From assembly GCA_000004985.1 (NCBI GenBank), contig GG738860.1: a DNA stretch of 64,000 bases; one strand, 5' to 3'. The DNA is from Naegleria gruberi. Its lineage: Eukaryota. The notes under the pieces are model-generated. The model made no database searches. It was given only the letters and a program-made list of their open reading frames with translations, and was not told where the DNA came from. The position numbers and the translations under genes were made by a program. Below, in pieces: positions 43,297-54,015 of this stretch. Numbering within the stretch: position 1 is the stretch's first letter; each line of letters begins with the position of its first letter.

Positions 43297-45741
43297 ATGG
43301 CCAGAACCAAGCAAACAGCGAGAAAATCGACGGGTGGCAAAGCTCCAAGAAAACAATTGGCTTACAAAGCTAGAAAAGCAAACAGACCTTTCCCTTCCCG
43401 TTCGTTGGCAGGTCCTTTTTCTGATGAGGAAAAAGCAATTTTTGTGAATGGTTTGAAAAGAGCCTTCGATGGAAGTGAAGAATCATCAAAATTTGATGTA
43501 AATACCTATGAAGGAGCTTCACAATTAGTCAAATTTTGGATTTTCCAAGATCAAAAAAGAAGAAAATTGAAACCAATGGTAGAGGAAGCTAAATGGAATG
43601 GCAGCTTTGAATTGCTTCACAATCTTCCTATGGATATCAAGTATGAAATTATTGATTTTATTCCAACCTTTTCCTTGAGAGATTTTTACAAAATCAAGTT
43701 AGACGAATTCACTGAACAGATGAAGCTGGCACAAGTTGAAGATATTTCTAAAATTGTATGCAAAGGACTGAATTTGTTTGAAACCTTTACAAAGAGATCT
43801 TTTCAAAATTTGTACTATTCAGATCCTCTCTATAGAAACTATTACAAGAAGAGACTAATTAACAGAGAATATGCATTAAGAATGAAACAAAGGATATTGA
43901 AGTTGGATGAGTTTGATATTACAGATATTGATTATGATATTGGTTCTGTAAAGAAAGACAAACTATTGCACTTCTTTTCGTTGGTTAAGGAGATGAATGA
44001 AATTGACACTGTTGACTTTAATGATGTGGTCATTCACAGAAATATTGAAAAAATCAAGTCATTGGTAAATGGAACCACCACAAAAAGAAATGAAGATGAT
44101 TACGAGTCACCTTGTGAAGAACCAATGGATGATACTGATTCAATTAGTAATGAGCCTAATGTAACTGTATCATTTGATGAAATGGAGCTACTTTCTGAGG
44201 AAGAAATGAAAAAGTTAGAATCAAAATCTATTGCCATACTGCAGGAATCAGAAAGAGGATATTATAATACTCGTAATTACAATAAGTTTAACAAGCAAGA
44301 TAGTAAATCTTTTAGAAAGCAAGCGATGTATTCGTATGCTATACCATTGGAACTAATAGGAACTGGTGCTATTCCACAAGAACAAAATTTTACTCGTGCC
44401 TTTTCTCACGAAGAGATTATGGAAAGGCTTAAGGAGTTTATTGGAATTAATTCATCCATTAAGAAACTTTCTGTCAGAGGTCTAGATGTCGGCTTTACAA
44501 ACACTGCCATGGACATCTGTAAAGGAATAACAGATCTTTCAATACTTTTATGTGAGTACGTGGATTATTTTGAGTGCTTTAAAGAAGTCCTACCAAATCT
44601 CAACAAGCTGACTATTAATGGAGTTTCTTCTCATTACTCAATTAGTTTTATGGAAAGCTTTATGATTGAGGAATATATTCAACCTAACTGTGTTGTTGAT
44701 TTAGGGTTTGCTACAGGCACTGACACATATTTCTCGGATTTTTTAAATCGTTATGTTGAAGATCAAAACGGTAACAAGACTCCATTGAAAATTACCTCAA
44801 AACTACTCTCAACTGAAAACGTAACCGAATATGCCGACTTTTTATTGAGGTTTATAGAAGGAGTATCTTTCGGCCAATTGTTTTCTGATTTTGATATGAA
44901 AAAGAAATTGGTAGATTACTTGGTAATTGAAGTTGGCATTCCAATTGAATGGCTTACGCTTACCACAAGTGGAGATACTATAATTACAGAATACTTAGCT
45001 TATCTTTCAAATGTTTATCAAAATGGGGCAATTAATTGTCCAAGCTCTATTATGTTACGAGCAGGCTTGATTCCAAATAATATAGCCAATGAATTGGTTT
45101 TTTCTAAATATGAATGGGATGTTGTTGAGTTATGTTTAGATTATTTAAAAAAGAGAGATGATATTGATGACTTTGTTTTGACCCTTAGAAATTTGCTCGT
45201 TTTCTATGTGTGTGATAGAAGTGATTCTCCACTCTTTGAACTATATTGTTACATTAAGAAGAATATTCCAGAAAGTCAATTCAAAGAAATTTTAAAGCCT
45301 ATCAAATGTATCATTCCAGAAGGCTACAAAGAAAAGAACAATGAAACCTTGCATACAGTTTCTATTCCCATCATTTGCTTCCCATTCTCAAATTACCAAT
45401 TCGCTAAAGCTATCGTGGATGATATGACAGACGAAGATTTGAAATTTGTTAATGAGCTTGGTGACTCATGTCTGCACATTTATTCTAGACATGACCATAG
45501 TATTTGGAGTAGAATAGTTGAAAGAGTACCAGAGGTAGTCAAACTCAGCAACCCTGAGGGAGTAACACCTTTACATATTCATACTACCAATATCCAGTCA
45601 TACATATTTGTATTAGACTTGTTGACAAGATTTGGTGCTGACCCAAATGCAAAAGATATTGAAGGAAGAAAAGCTATTGGTGAATTTTTTATATTTGAGA
45701 ATGGTATTTTGAAAGTTAACAACAGATCAATGGAATATTAG
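43297..45741 (+). CDS. non-histone protein with a histone-H3 N-terminal tail, F-box-like motif and C-terminal ankyrin repeats
   Basis: ATG 43297 gives MARTKQTARKSTGGKAPRKQLAYKARKA..., identical to H3 residues 1-21. An uninterrupted 814-aa ORF follows with no histone fold. LPMDIKYEIIDFIPTFSLRDFYKI lies at 43624-43695. ANK-like GVTPLHIH...LLTRFGADPNAKDIEGRKAI lies at 45460-45678. Confidence 0.75.
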   Translation: MARTKQTARKSTGGKAPRKQLAYKARKANRPFPSRSLAGPFSDEEKAIFVNGLKRAFDGSEESSKFDVNTYEGASQLVKFWIFQDQKRRKLKPMVEEAKWNGSFELLHNLPMDIKYEIIDFIPTFSLRDFYKIKLDEFTEQMKLAQVEDISKIVCKGLNLFETFTKRSFQNLYYSDPLYRNYYKKRLINREYALRMKQRILKLDEFDITDIDYDIGSVKKDKLLHFFSLVKEMNEIDTVDFNDVVIHRNIEKIKSLVNGTTTKRNEDDYESPCEEPMDDTDSISNEPNVTVSFDEMELLSEEEMKKLESKSIAILQESERGYYNTRNYNKFNKQDSKSFRKQAMYSYAIPLELIGTGAIPQEQNFTRAFSHEEIMERLKEFIGINSSIKKLSVRGLDVGFTNTAMDICKGITDLSILLCEYVDYFECFKEVLPNLNKLTINGVSSHYSISFMESFMIEEYIQPNCVVDLGFATGTDTYFSDFLNRYVEDQNGNKTPLKITSKLLSTENVTEYADFLLRFIEGVSFGQLFSDFDMKKKLVDYLVIEVGIPIEWLTLTTSGDTIITEYLAYLSNVYQNGAINCPSSIMLRAGLIPNNIANELVFSKYEWDVVELCLDYLKKRDDIDDFVLTLRNLLVFYVCDRSDSPLFELYCYIKKNIPESQFKEILKPIKCIIPEGYKEKNNETLHTVSIPIICFPFSNYQFAKAIVDDMTDEDLKFVNELGDSCLHIYSRHDHSIWSRIVERVPEVVKLSNPEGVTPLHIHTTNIQSYIFVLDLLTRFGADPNAKDIEGRKAIGEFFIFENGILKVNNRSMEY

Positions 45742-45834
45742 TAATTTTTCAACCCAAAAAGAAGCTTCTTATAATAAACTTACCGTAACAATTCTCACGT
45801 TGAATTGGAAAGATTACAAAGTGATAACAATTTA

Positions 45835-48800
45835 TTATACAATAACAGGAGGAAGTCTCTCTCTTGAAATTGGACGAGACAGAGCTCGCTTCTCTGCCTC
45901 ATATTCTTCTATTTTCTCTCTAAGGGATTGAATCTTGTGTCGTTGCATTTCGATTTCCTTCAAAGCTTGTTCTAATGATGTAATACCACCAAGGTCCTTT
46001 AGTTCCAAAGATGATGAAGTTATATCGGTGCTCTTCTTTCCAATCTTGGACTCGAGCTCCTTGTCTTTAAGTTTTTGCTTTAGAGATCTAACTTCCTTTC
46101 TCAGGTCATTAATTTCCTTGATGAGGACAACATTTTCATTCATGATTCTCTTATTATCTGACTTGGAGGTTTCTGTTGCTTTAACAAGCTTCTTCTTGAG
46201 TGATTCGACTGTTTTTTCGAGGTAGGATCTTTGTCTTTCATATTCCTTTTGAATGTCAAAGTCCATTTCTTGAGTAGTAATCTTTTCAGAGACGTAGGTT
46301 TGGTAAAGCTTGGTAACCTCTTCTTTAAGCTCCTTTGGCTCTTGAATTAATTGTGCAACCTTGTAAATATCTGCACGAATTCTCTTCAATAGAGTGTCAT
46401 TATCTTTGACTTTAAAGTTCAGTCTTTGAATTTCCTTGACTCTTCCATCAATCTTGAGTTCGAGATCCTTGATTGAGAGAATTAATCTATCATTCTTCTC
46501 CTTAGCCTTTTCCAATTCTTTTCTCATCTTCTTGGATTGCTTTCTTAAACTGGTAATTTCTTCCTTACTTGGTTTGATTTGTTCTTGGAGAGTTGAAATC
46601 TTGTATTCTAAAACAAATCTGAATTTTTCAAGTTCTTGGTTTTGTCTCTTCAACTTGAAAATTCTCTTTTCCTTGTCAATAATGGTTTCTTCTCTTTCCT
46701 TATTTTCCTCACTCATCTTTTGAATATCCTCTTGATATTGCTTATTGAGATTTTCTGCTCTTTGCTTCTTTTCTTCCAACTTTTCAATAAGTTCTAGTTT
46801 TTGTTTCAAAGTCTTTTGTAAGGCAATAAATCTGTCATTCCACTTGTTAGCTTCACTCTTGGCTTCATTGTAGCTGTCGTTCATCTTTAACAACTTCTTT
46901 TCATACATTTCTTTCAAGATCTTGATTTCCTTATCTTGATCCTCTTCCATTTGATTTTTAATTTCGGAAAATTTCTTGTCCAACTCGACCTTCTCATCTT
47001 GTAATGTAACAATAGATCCATCTTTTCTCTTAATTTCATCTTCATATTCTTCCGTAATATCTGTGAGCTCTCTCATGTGCATTTCCTCCTTATTCTTGGA
47101 ATCATCTAGGATTTGCTTCTTCTCCTTCTCTCTGTCTCTGTTGAGTTCGGAAATTTGTTCAAGAGAATTGTGCAATCTCTCGTTAAAGTCTTGTTCCAGA
47201 GCTTTGATTTTTTCTCTGTGTTTTTCTATCAACTCATCGATTTTCTTCTCGTACTCATCTGTTACACTTTTCTTCTCTTGCAAAATACTTTGAATTTCCT
47301 CTTGTTTCTTTGTAAGTTCAAGATTGAAGCTTTTTGCTTGTTCTCTGAGAGCATTATTGAATTCAATTTCCTTTTTCTTTTGCTCGTATTCATTGTCTGA
47401 CTTTAATTCTGCAACTTTTGCTTGAAGCTCAGCAATTGTGGTATTCTTTTCTTCCCATTCTGCTCCTGAAATCAAAATTTCTTCCGAATATTTTGTTTCC
47501 TTCTTAGTTTTACCTCCATCTCTGTCTCTTATTTCCACAATACCCAGCATACCATCTTCACCTGAACTGAATAAGAAAGAATCATCCCAAGCTTTAGAAA
47601 TTCTTGTCACAGGACCTGAGTGCAAGTATAGTTTGTCTTCTATATACTCCAGATTTGGAAATGAATGCACAGTAATAGCACCAGTCTCTAGACCACCAAA
47701 TATCATCTTTAATCCTTCAGAGTACTCCATACAAACCAATGTATTATCTCCCAAATCATATTCTGTTTGTGGATTACCTTCACTGAAGCCCTTAATCTTG
47801 TTATCTGATCCAGTAACAAAAATACTCTTTCCGTCTGTGGCGACAGATGTGTATCCAACATTCTTATTAGTATGGTGAATGGTTCTCTTCTCAGTTTTTA
47901 CAACATATTCGTACACAGCACCATCCATACCAACACTCAGTACTCTAGTATCATCATCAGTCCATTGAAGAGCTCTGATTTTACCATTGTGGCCCCTGAG
48001 GGCAGATATTAATTGGAGAGTGTAGGTATTGTAAACGTTGATTACGTTACCGTGAGCTGCTGCAAAGTAATGACCACCATTACTGAACTTTACCTCACCA
48101 CAATTTCTTACCAAGAAAGATTTCTGCTCTCTAATATCATCTCCCAAAATATCCATAAATCTCAGTTTATCTTGGAAACCAACAACCAAGTGCAAACCAC
48201 TAGGGTGAATTGCTATTGAGTAGGCCTCGGCTGGGAATTGTTTTACAATATTCAGTGTATTATCCAAGTAGTTCCATACTCTGACAGTCTTATCTGTACT
48301 GCAGGTCGCAATAATTGGCTTTCTAATAGCAGTATCCATTCCCGTTATGGCCTTTGAGTGGAATGGAATTGTGAGATATTCAAATTTAATGTCATCTTCC
48401 TTTTGTAAAATATCAGAACTACTGATATTCAAAGTAAATATTTGAGCTGAACTTGTTGAAAGGACCAAGTTTTCATTTGAAGGACTCAAATTAAAATTGA
48501 GAATTTTGTGATCGAGATAGGTTTCGCTCAGTTCCTTATATTGAGTGCTATTCATAACTCGTAAAGTCTTTGATCTTGAATACATTTCCTTTTCATCGGC
48601 CGATTTTTCAAATATTGAAACAACTCCATTCTCACCTCCACATACAAACCCAGTTCCATAAGGAATGAGTGCTGTTATACTAAGTCCATCTGATGGAGAT
48701 GAGGGTAAAATAAATTTAAATTCATTCTTTTCAACGAAAAATAAATCTCCGTTAGCATTTGAAACAACTAACTTCTCTTCATCTAACCAGGTATGAGACA

Positions 48801-49467
48801 GATAAGGCTCATGATCTCTTTTGCCAATACCGTCTGTCACAACTTTGAGTTTTTCTCTATCATCTAGGGTTAATAATTTAAATACACCATTACCAGTAAC
48901 ACAAATAGTTTTGCTATCTGGACTAATTGAACATTGAAAGACTGGATCTCCATCCACTGAAGATGTACAAATCGTATCAACTATCCTAGTTTTACCTTCC
49001 ATAGACCACAAAACTAAATTATATTCTGGACCTCCTCCTTGGGCTACCAAATATTTACCATCCAATGAGAAAGCCATACAAACAAATTCATGAGATCCAA
49101 CACCTGGATGAGAAATCGTCTTTTTGACTGTGTATGTTGTTGTTTCATAGAGTTTAATAAGAGGTGGGTTTTTTTTGAGGTCAGTGATCTTTACAGTTGA
49201 TGAAAGTGGTTTTGTTTTTTCTGCAACAGCCAAATATTTTCTATTAGGTGCTAGACAAAGAGCTGATATTCCTTCCGTATTATCGGACCCTGTTTTAATC
49301 TTCCTCACTCCATTTGTTTGATGAAAAACTAGGCATCTACCTGAAGGGTAAACGACACATGTATCGTTGACATTATCTCTAATGTACCAGATATTATTTT
49401 TTACCTTTGCATTAAGACCAAACACATTTTTAAGTGAGAGGATGTGGTTTTGAAATGGTTCAGTCAT
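45835..49467 (-). CDS. CFAP57/WDR65-like cilia- and flagella-associated WD40 + coiled-coil protein
   Basis: Single 1210-aa ORF. The N-terminal ~650 aa are WD40 beta-propellers (LKNVFGLNAKVKNNIWY..., multiple WD-like repeats). The C-terminal ~550 aa are continuous K/E-rich coiled coil. The architecture and N-terminal block match CFAP57. Confidence 0.65.
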   Translation of the reverse strand: MTEPFQNHILSLKNVFGLNAKVKNNIWYIRDNVNDTCVVYPSGRCLVFHQTNGVRKIKTGSDNTEGISALCLAPNRKYLAVAEKTKPLSSTVKITDLKKNPPLIKLYETTTYTVKKTISHPGVGSHEFVCMAFSLDGKYLVAQGGGPEYNLVLWSMEGKTRIVDTICTSSVDGDPVFQCSISPDSKTICVTGNGVFKLLTLDDREKLKVVTDGIGKRDHEPYLSHTWLDEEKLVVSNANGDLFFVEKNEFKFILPSSPSDGLSITALIPYGTGFVCGGENGVVSIFEKSADEKEMYSRSKTLRVMNSTQYKELSETYLDHKILNFNLSPSNENLVLSTSSAQIFTLNISSSDILQKEDDIKFEYLTIPFHSKAITGMDTAIRKPIIATCSTDKTVRVWNYLDNTLNIVKQFPAEAYSIAIHPSGLHLVVGFQDKLRFMDILGDDIREQKSFLVRNCGEVKFSNGGHYFAAAHGNVINVYNTYTLQLISALRGHNGKIRALQWTDDDTRVLSVGMDGAVYEYVVKTEKRTIHHTNKNVGYTSVATDGKSIFVTGSDNKIKGFSEGNPQTEYDLGDNTLVCMEYSEGLKMIFGGLETGAITVHSFPNLEYIEDKLYLHSGPVTRISKAWDDSFLFSSGEDGMLGIVEIRDRDGGKTKKETKYSEEILISGAEWEEKNTTIAELQAKVAELKSDNEYEQKKKEIEFNNALREQAKSFNLELTKKQEEIQSILQEKKSVTDEYEKKIDELIEKHREKIKALEQDFNERLHNSLEQISELNRDREKEKKQILDDSKNKEEMHMRELTDITEEYEDEIKRKDGSIVTLQDEKVELDKKFSEIKNQMEEDQDKEIKILKEMYEKKLLKMNDSYNEAKSEANKWNDRFIALQKTLKQKLELIEKLEEKKQRAENLNKQYQEDIQKMSEENKEREETIIDKEKRIFKLKRQNQELEKFRFVLEYKISTLQEQIKPSKEEITSLRKQSKKMRKELEKAKEKNDRLILSIKDLELKIDGRVKEIQRLNFKVKDNDTLLKRIRADIYKVAQLIQEPKELKEEVTKLYQTYVSEKITTQEMDFDIQKEYERQRSYLEKTVESLKKKLVKATETSKSDNKRIMNENVVLIKEINDLRKEVRSLKQKLKDKELESKIGKKSTDITSSSLELKDLGGITSLEQALKEIEMQRHKIQSLREKIEEYEAEKRALSRPISRERLPPVIV

Positions 49468-49494
49468 TTTTTTTGTAGATTATTAGAGAAAAGT

Positions 49495-49502
49495 TTTGGC
49501 GG
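49495..49502. promoter_or_regulatory. E2F-like site TTTGGCGG(GA) upstream of the CFAP57-like gene
   Basis: gTTTTGGCGGGAg lies 28 bp upstream of the minus-strand ATG at 49467, in the divergent region shared with the kinase-WD40 gene. Confidence 0.35.
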
Positions 49503-50049
49503 GAGTTCTTTAACGGTTGATGGTTTGAGGTTGAAAGATTGTAAGTTGTATCAGTTTCTGATATCACTAAAAAACAAGAAAGTGTTGAATATTACAATGA
49601 AAGTATTTAAATATACTAAAACTGAATATCAAAGTGAACTCGTTACTAACAAAAGTGGTAATGTAGTACCTCAATAGTGATTACAGTTAACTAAGAATTG
49701 GAAATACGTAAACTTGTTTTGATACTTCATCACATTGTTATTATATATAATATAATAAATAGGGATTGAAGTATCGCTCGTTTATGGAAATGTGAAATGG
49801 CACATTTATGTATTTAAACAATGATGCATTCAATTTAGAACGAGCTGCTTGTCAATGCAAATAGAAACCTGAAGCGTTGGTCACTGAATCATCTTCCTTA
49901 TTTCTTGCCAACTCCGTTTTCAGTCTGTTCTGACGCCACCTTCTAAAAGAGCTTGTTAAAAGCAGCTATTCAGGTAGTCACTATTGCAACTTTCAAGAAC
50001 CTTCACCACAGAACTGTGGGCGAAAAAAAACAATATTTAACGTTAAAAA

Positions 50050-52470
50050 ATGGATGCCCGTGTTGCAGTAACGAAAGGTACGTTAAGAGAGAGATGAATT
50101 TAAGAATATTAAGGCCTCTGTTCATACATCATCAATATAATACCATTTTAATATCGGACTTGAATAAATAGATGATTTTGAGTATGGACAAATATTGGGT
50201 GAAGGTGCTTTTGGCCAAGTTCGTTTGTGTGTCCATAAAGCAACAGAACTTCAATACGCAGCTAAAGTATTGAAGAAGGAAAAACTTATTAAGGCCAAAC
50301 AAACGAAATATGTCAAATCAGAGAAGGAAATATTATTGGAGATGGATCATCCTAACATTTCAAAATTGTGTTATACCTTCACTGATGAAAAGAAGTTGTA
50401 CTTTGTGTTGGAACTTATTTCTGGAGGAGAATTATTTGAGTGTATTATAAAGAGCAATGTAGCAAATGATAATAAGGAATTGAAAAAAGTTGCTCAATTT
50501 TACATGGCTCAAATGTTGGAAGCACTGATCTATATTCACAGTCTTAATATTTGTCACAGAGATCTTAAACCCGAAAATCTAATGCTTACAGGATCTGGTA
50601 ATTTAAAATTGGTGGATTTTGGTATTGCAAAGAAAATTGATAGACCAGGTCCGAATACATTCTGGTAAGTTAAAATATGAAAATCTTGAAAATCTTAATT
50701 TCCAATAGTGGTACTGCTGAATATTTGGCGTAAGTTTTCTTATCAACTTGATTATATTGATGATTTCTCAATAGACCCGAAGTTGTCAGTAATAATGAAT
50801 ATGGTATTATGGTAGATTGGTGGTCTTATGGTTGTATTATTTACGAATTATTTTGTGGAAAGAGTCCTTTTTACAGCTCTAGTATGGCTGTAACTTGTCA
50901 AAAGATTGTTGATAGAGACATCTATTGGCCAAAGACAATGCCACCAGATGCCAAGGATTTAATTAATGGACTTCTCACTACAGACCCAGAAAAGAGAATT
51001 GGAGGTCCTGAATTAAGAAAGCATCCATTTTTCAAAGGAATTGATTGGAAGAATTTAAACAAGGCTGACCCACCTCTGGTTCCAGATCTTTTGTTCAATG
51101 ATGAAGATAGAGGTGTTGGTATTAAAATGTCCATGTTTGAACCTAGAGTGGATCAGGAAGACGTCATGATAAATGCTCACGTTTTCAAATCGAGATCAAG
51201 CAGTAAAGGATCAACGCAAGATGCAATCAAGAGAAGCAACTTGCTCAGAAAAATGTACCCTCAATTGTGTGCTCTCCCAGAGAGACCAAGACCAATCAAT
51301 TCAAGAATTATTCAAAACTCTGAAAATGTTCCAAAATCCAATGATAAGGTAGAAGAGGAGGAGGTAGATGATAGGGGTGATACTCAATCGGAATGTACTA
51401 GTGTCAATGAGGTCAGTAAGAAGGTCGTTATGATTCAAAATGCTGTCGGTTTGAAAACTCCTGTTATCAGGATTGCATTTGGAGAAGGTGACAAGATGGC
51501 TTGTAGTAGTAGTTTCCAAGCAAAAACATTTGGAATTGGAATTGACAGTGAATCTAATGTCATTTTCAATGAATATAAGAATTTATCAACTGTATCCACA
51601 TGTAATTACTTGGAATATTCTCCAAATGGTGAAACACTTGCCTTCGACATGCAAAGACATATTGGTTTGTTGGACTTGAAGAATCCAAAGAAAAAACCAA
51701 GACAATTGGTGGGGCATTCCCTTCCAATTACAAAGGTTTCTTGGCATCCAAAGAGCCACATGTTGGCTGCCGGAGGAAGAGATAACCTGGTGTACTTGTG
51801 GAATGTTGACAGCTCCAAACCAAAGCTTGAGGCTCAAATGGATTCACACAAATCATATATTTCAGATCTTCAATTCCATGCAAAAGATCATCTACTTGCC
51901 AGTGGAAGTGGAGATTTCAAAGTTGTATTCTACGACATTCAAAGTCAGAGAATTGTACAAAAGTACAGTTACCATGAAGATGCAATTCTTGGTGTGAGGT
52001 GGAATCCTAAATTCCCTGACATTTTTGTTTCCTGGTCTTTGGATAGAAGACTAATCTTCTCCGACCGCAGAACTTTCAAACCTATTAAGGTTCTAGCTCA
52101 TAATAGACCTGTGATTCATGCTCAATGGTCACCTGATGGATCAATGCTTGCCACCTGCAGCAAAGATTCCATTAGAATTTGGTCCTATCCATCAATTACC
52201 TCCTCTTTCGTCTACACCAATTCTGAAAGTCTTCCTGGTGAACATCTCTCTTTCGAATGTAATAGCAATTATTTGGCAGTATTGAAATGCAGAGATGATA
52301 CCTCTCCTTCAGTCATTGATACCTCTTCCTTTTCTTTTGTTTCTCCAAATCCACATCCTCAAAACTCACACAAACTCCCAATTACTAGTCTGCAATGGAG
52401 TAATAACAGACCATTCCTTGCCACTGGTTCCTATGATAAGTCTGTTATTTTGTGGGGTGTTGATGAATAA
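50050..52470 (+). CDS. AGC-family Ser/Thr protein kinase fused to a C-terminal WD40 propeller, 4 exons including a 21-nt microexon
   Basis: Exons 50050-50077, 50172-50664, 50709-50729, 50775-52470, all GTAAGT/GTACGT..AG with consistent phases. Kinase motifs: GEGAFGQV, AAK, HRDLKPENL, DFG, TFCGTAEYLAPEV (spliced across the microexon), DWWSYG, HPFFKGIDW. WD repeats follow in the C-terminal ~330 aa (LASGSGDFKVVFYD, LATCSKDSIRIWS, LATGSYDKSVILWG). Confidence 0.8.
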
Positions 52471-52587
52471 ATTTTAAATAATTCAGTGACTTGTTGAATG
52501 GTTTCGGAAGAAGATCCTGTGTATTAAGTTTAGACTTATTTTTTCTAATAATTTACAATGAAATATTTAGTTATTCGAATAGATACC

Positions 52588-53676
52588 TTAGAATACACCA
52601 AATTTATATTGAGGAGGTATTGGAATGTCGTAACCCAATTCCTTCGCAGCTCTGATTGGCCAATATGGATCACCCAAATCCTTTCTTCCAATAAATACTA
52701 AATCAGCTTTTCCTTCTGTCAATATTTGATTGGCTTGTACTGGTTCAGTAATTTTACCAACAGCTGCCACAGGCATTACTTGTCTAACCCTTTCTGCATA
52801 TTTCACTTGATACATTGGAAATGCCATGAGAGCTTGGGATAGTAATCTTGATGAATTACCTCCTGATGAACAGTCAATTATATCAACTCCCAAATCTTTC
52901 AAAATTTCAGCTAACCTCACACTATCCTCAATATCCCAACCATCACTCACATACTCATCACATGATATTCTTACAAATAGAGGCATTGTCTCTGGAATGC
53001 AACTTCTTACTCGACTAACAATTTCAGTTAGAATTCTTATACGATTCTCAAAAGAACCACCAAATTTGTCTTTTCTCTTATTAGATGTTGGTGATAAGAA
53101 GGAATTAATCATATAACCATGAGCTGCATGTATCTCAATCACATCAAAACCAGCCAAGACAGCTCTCTTAGCAGCAGCTACAAAGTCTTCAATCAATTCT
53201 TCCACCTCATCTTCAGTCAACTCTCTCGGAACTCTATGTGATTCATCAAATGCAATTGGAGAAGGTCCAACCACTTCCCATCCTCCTTCTTCATCACTTA
53301 ATGCAGTTCTTCCTAGGGCTTCCCACAATGCACGTGTTGAACCTTTTCTCCCAGAATGAGCCAACTGAATACCAATATGTCCACCTTGTTCATGAGCTAA
53401 ATCCGTAATCTGTTTCAACATTTCCACATGTTCGTCCTTGTAAATTCCCAAACAATGAGGAGTAATTCTTCCAATTTCAGAAACAGCAGATGCCTCCACT
53501 ATAAACAAGCCAGCACCACCTACCACTCTACTGCCAATATGTTGCACATGCCACAGATTAGCAAAACCATCCTTGCTAGAATAGGTACACATTGGAGAAA
53601 CTACAATTCTATTCTTCAAAGTCAATCCTCTAATTGTGTAAGGTTGAAATAACATTGGAGTGTCTGAGGAGGGCAT
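52588..53676 (-). CDS. NADH:flavin oxidoreductase, Old Yellow Enzyme family, bacterial YqjM-like subclass
   Basis: LFQPYTIRGLTLKNRIVVSPMCTYSS...GLFIVEASAVSEIGRITPHCLGIYKDEHV...IGIQLAHSGRKGS is very close in pattern to Bacillus YqjM. The start is either ATG 53676 (MPSSDTPMLF) or ATG 53742. No introns. Confidence 0.8.
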   Translation of the reverse strand: MPSSDTPMLFQPYTIRGLTLKNRIVVSPMCTYSSKDGFANLWHVQHIGSRVVGGAGLFIVEASAVSEIGRITPHCLGIYKDEHVEMLKQITDLAHEQGGHIGIQLAHSGRKGSTRALWEALGRTALSDEEGGWEVVGPSPIAFDESHRVPRELTEDEVEELIEDFVAAAKRAVLAGFDVIEIHAAHGYMINSFLSPTSNKRKDKFGGSFENRIRILTEIVSRVRSCIPETMPLFVRISCDEYVSDGWDIEDSVRLAEILKDLGVDIIDCSSGGNSSRLLSQALMAFPMYQVKYAERVRQVMPVAAVGKITEPVQANQILTEGKADLVFIGRKDLGDPYWPIRAAKELGYDIPIPPQYKFGVF

Positions 53677-54015
53677 GATTGCCTTTTTGGCTTCTGCCAA
53701 TCCTGTTAGAGCTTGAATAATAACACCAACCCAGTTGACCATGATGACGAAGATGTGAAGAGAATTTTTTCTAATAGTTTTTTCATGCTTGCTGAATATT
53801 TGTTGGACTTGAACAAAAGTGGTGCGAATTAATGCGAAGAACACCCCGTCCAATGAATCCGATCCTTAAATTGACAATTTTGTGCATTCTTCAAGCTCAA
53901 TATTTCGTATTTTGTGTTTTACAAATCCTCAAGATGCTAAACAAAGATAATAATATTTGCATTCACCTCTACTTAATAATATGGTGTTGTTGCGATCCTT
54001 TTTTAATAGAAAAAA

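Noticed and set aside
45935-48219. Several 68-146 aa + strand ORFs antisense to the CFAP57-like gene
   Set aside because: These are S/L/F-rich antisense readings of a K/E-rich coiled coil, a typical artefact.
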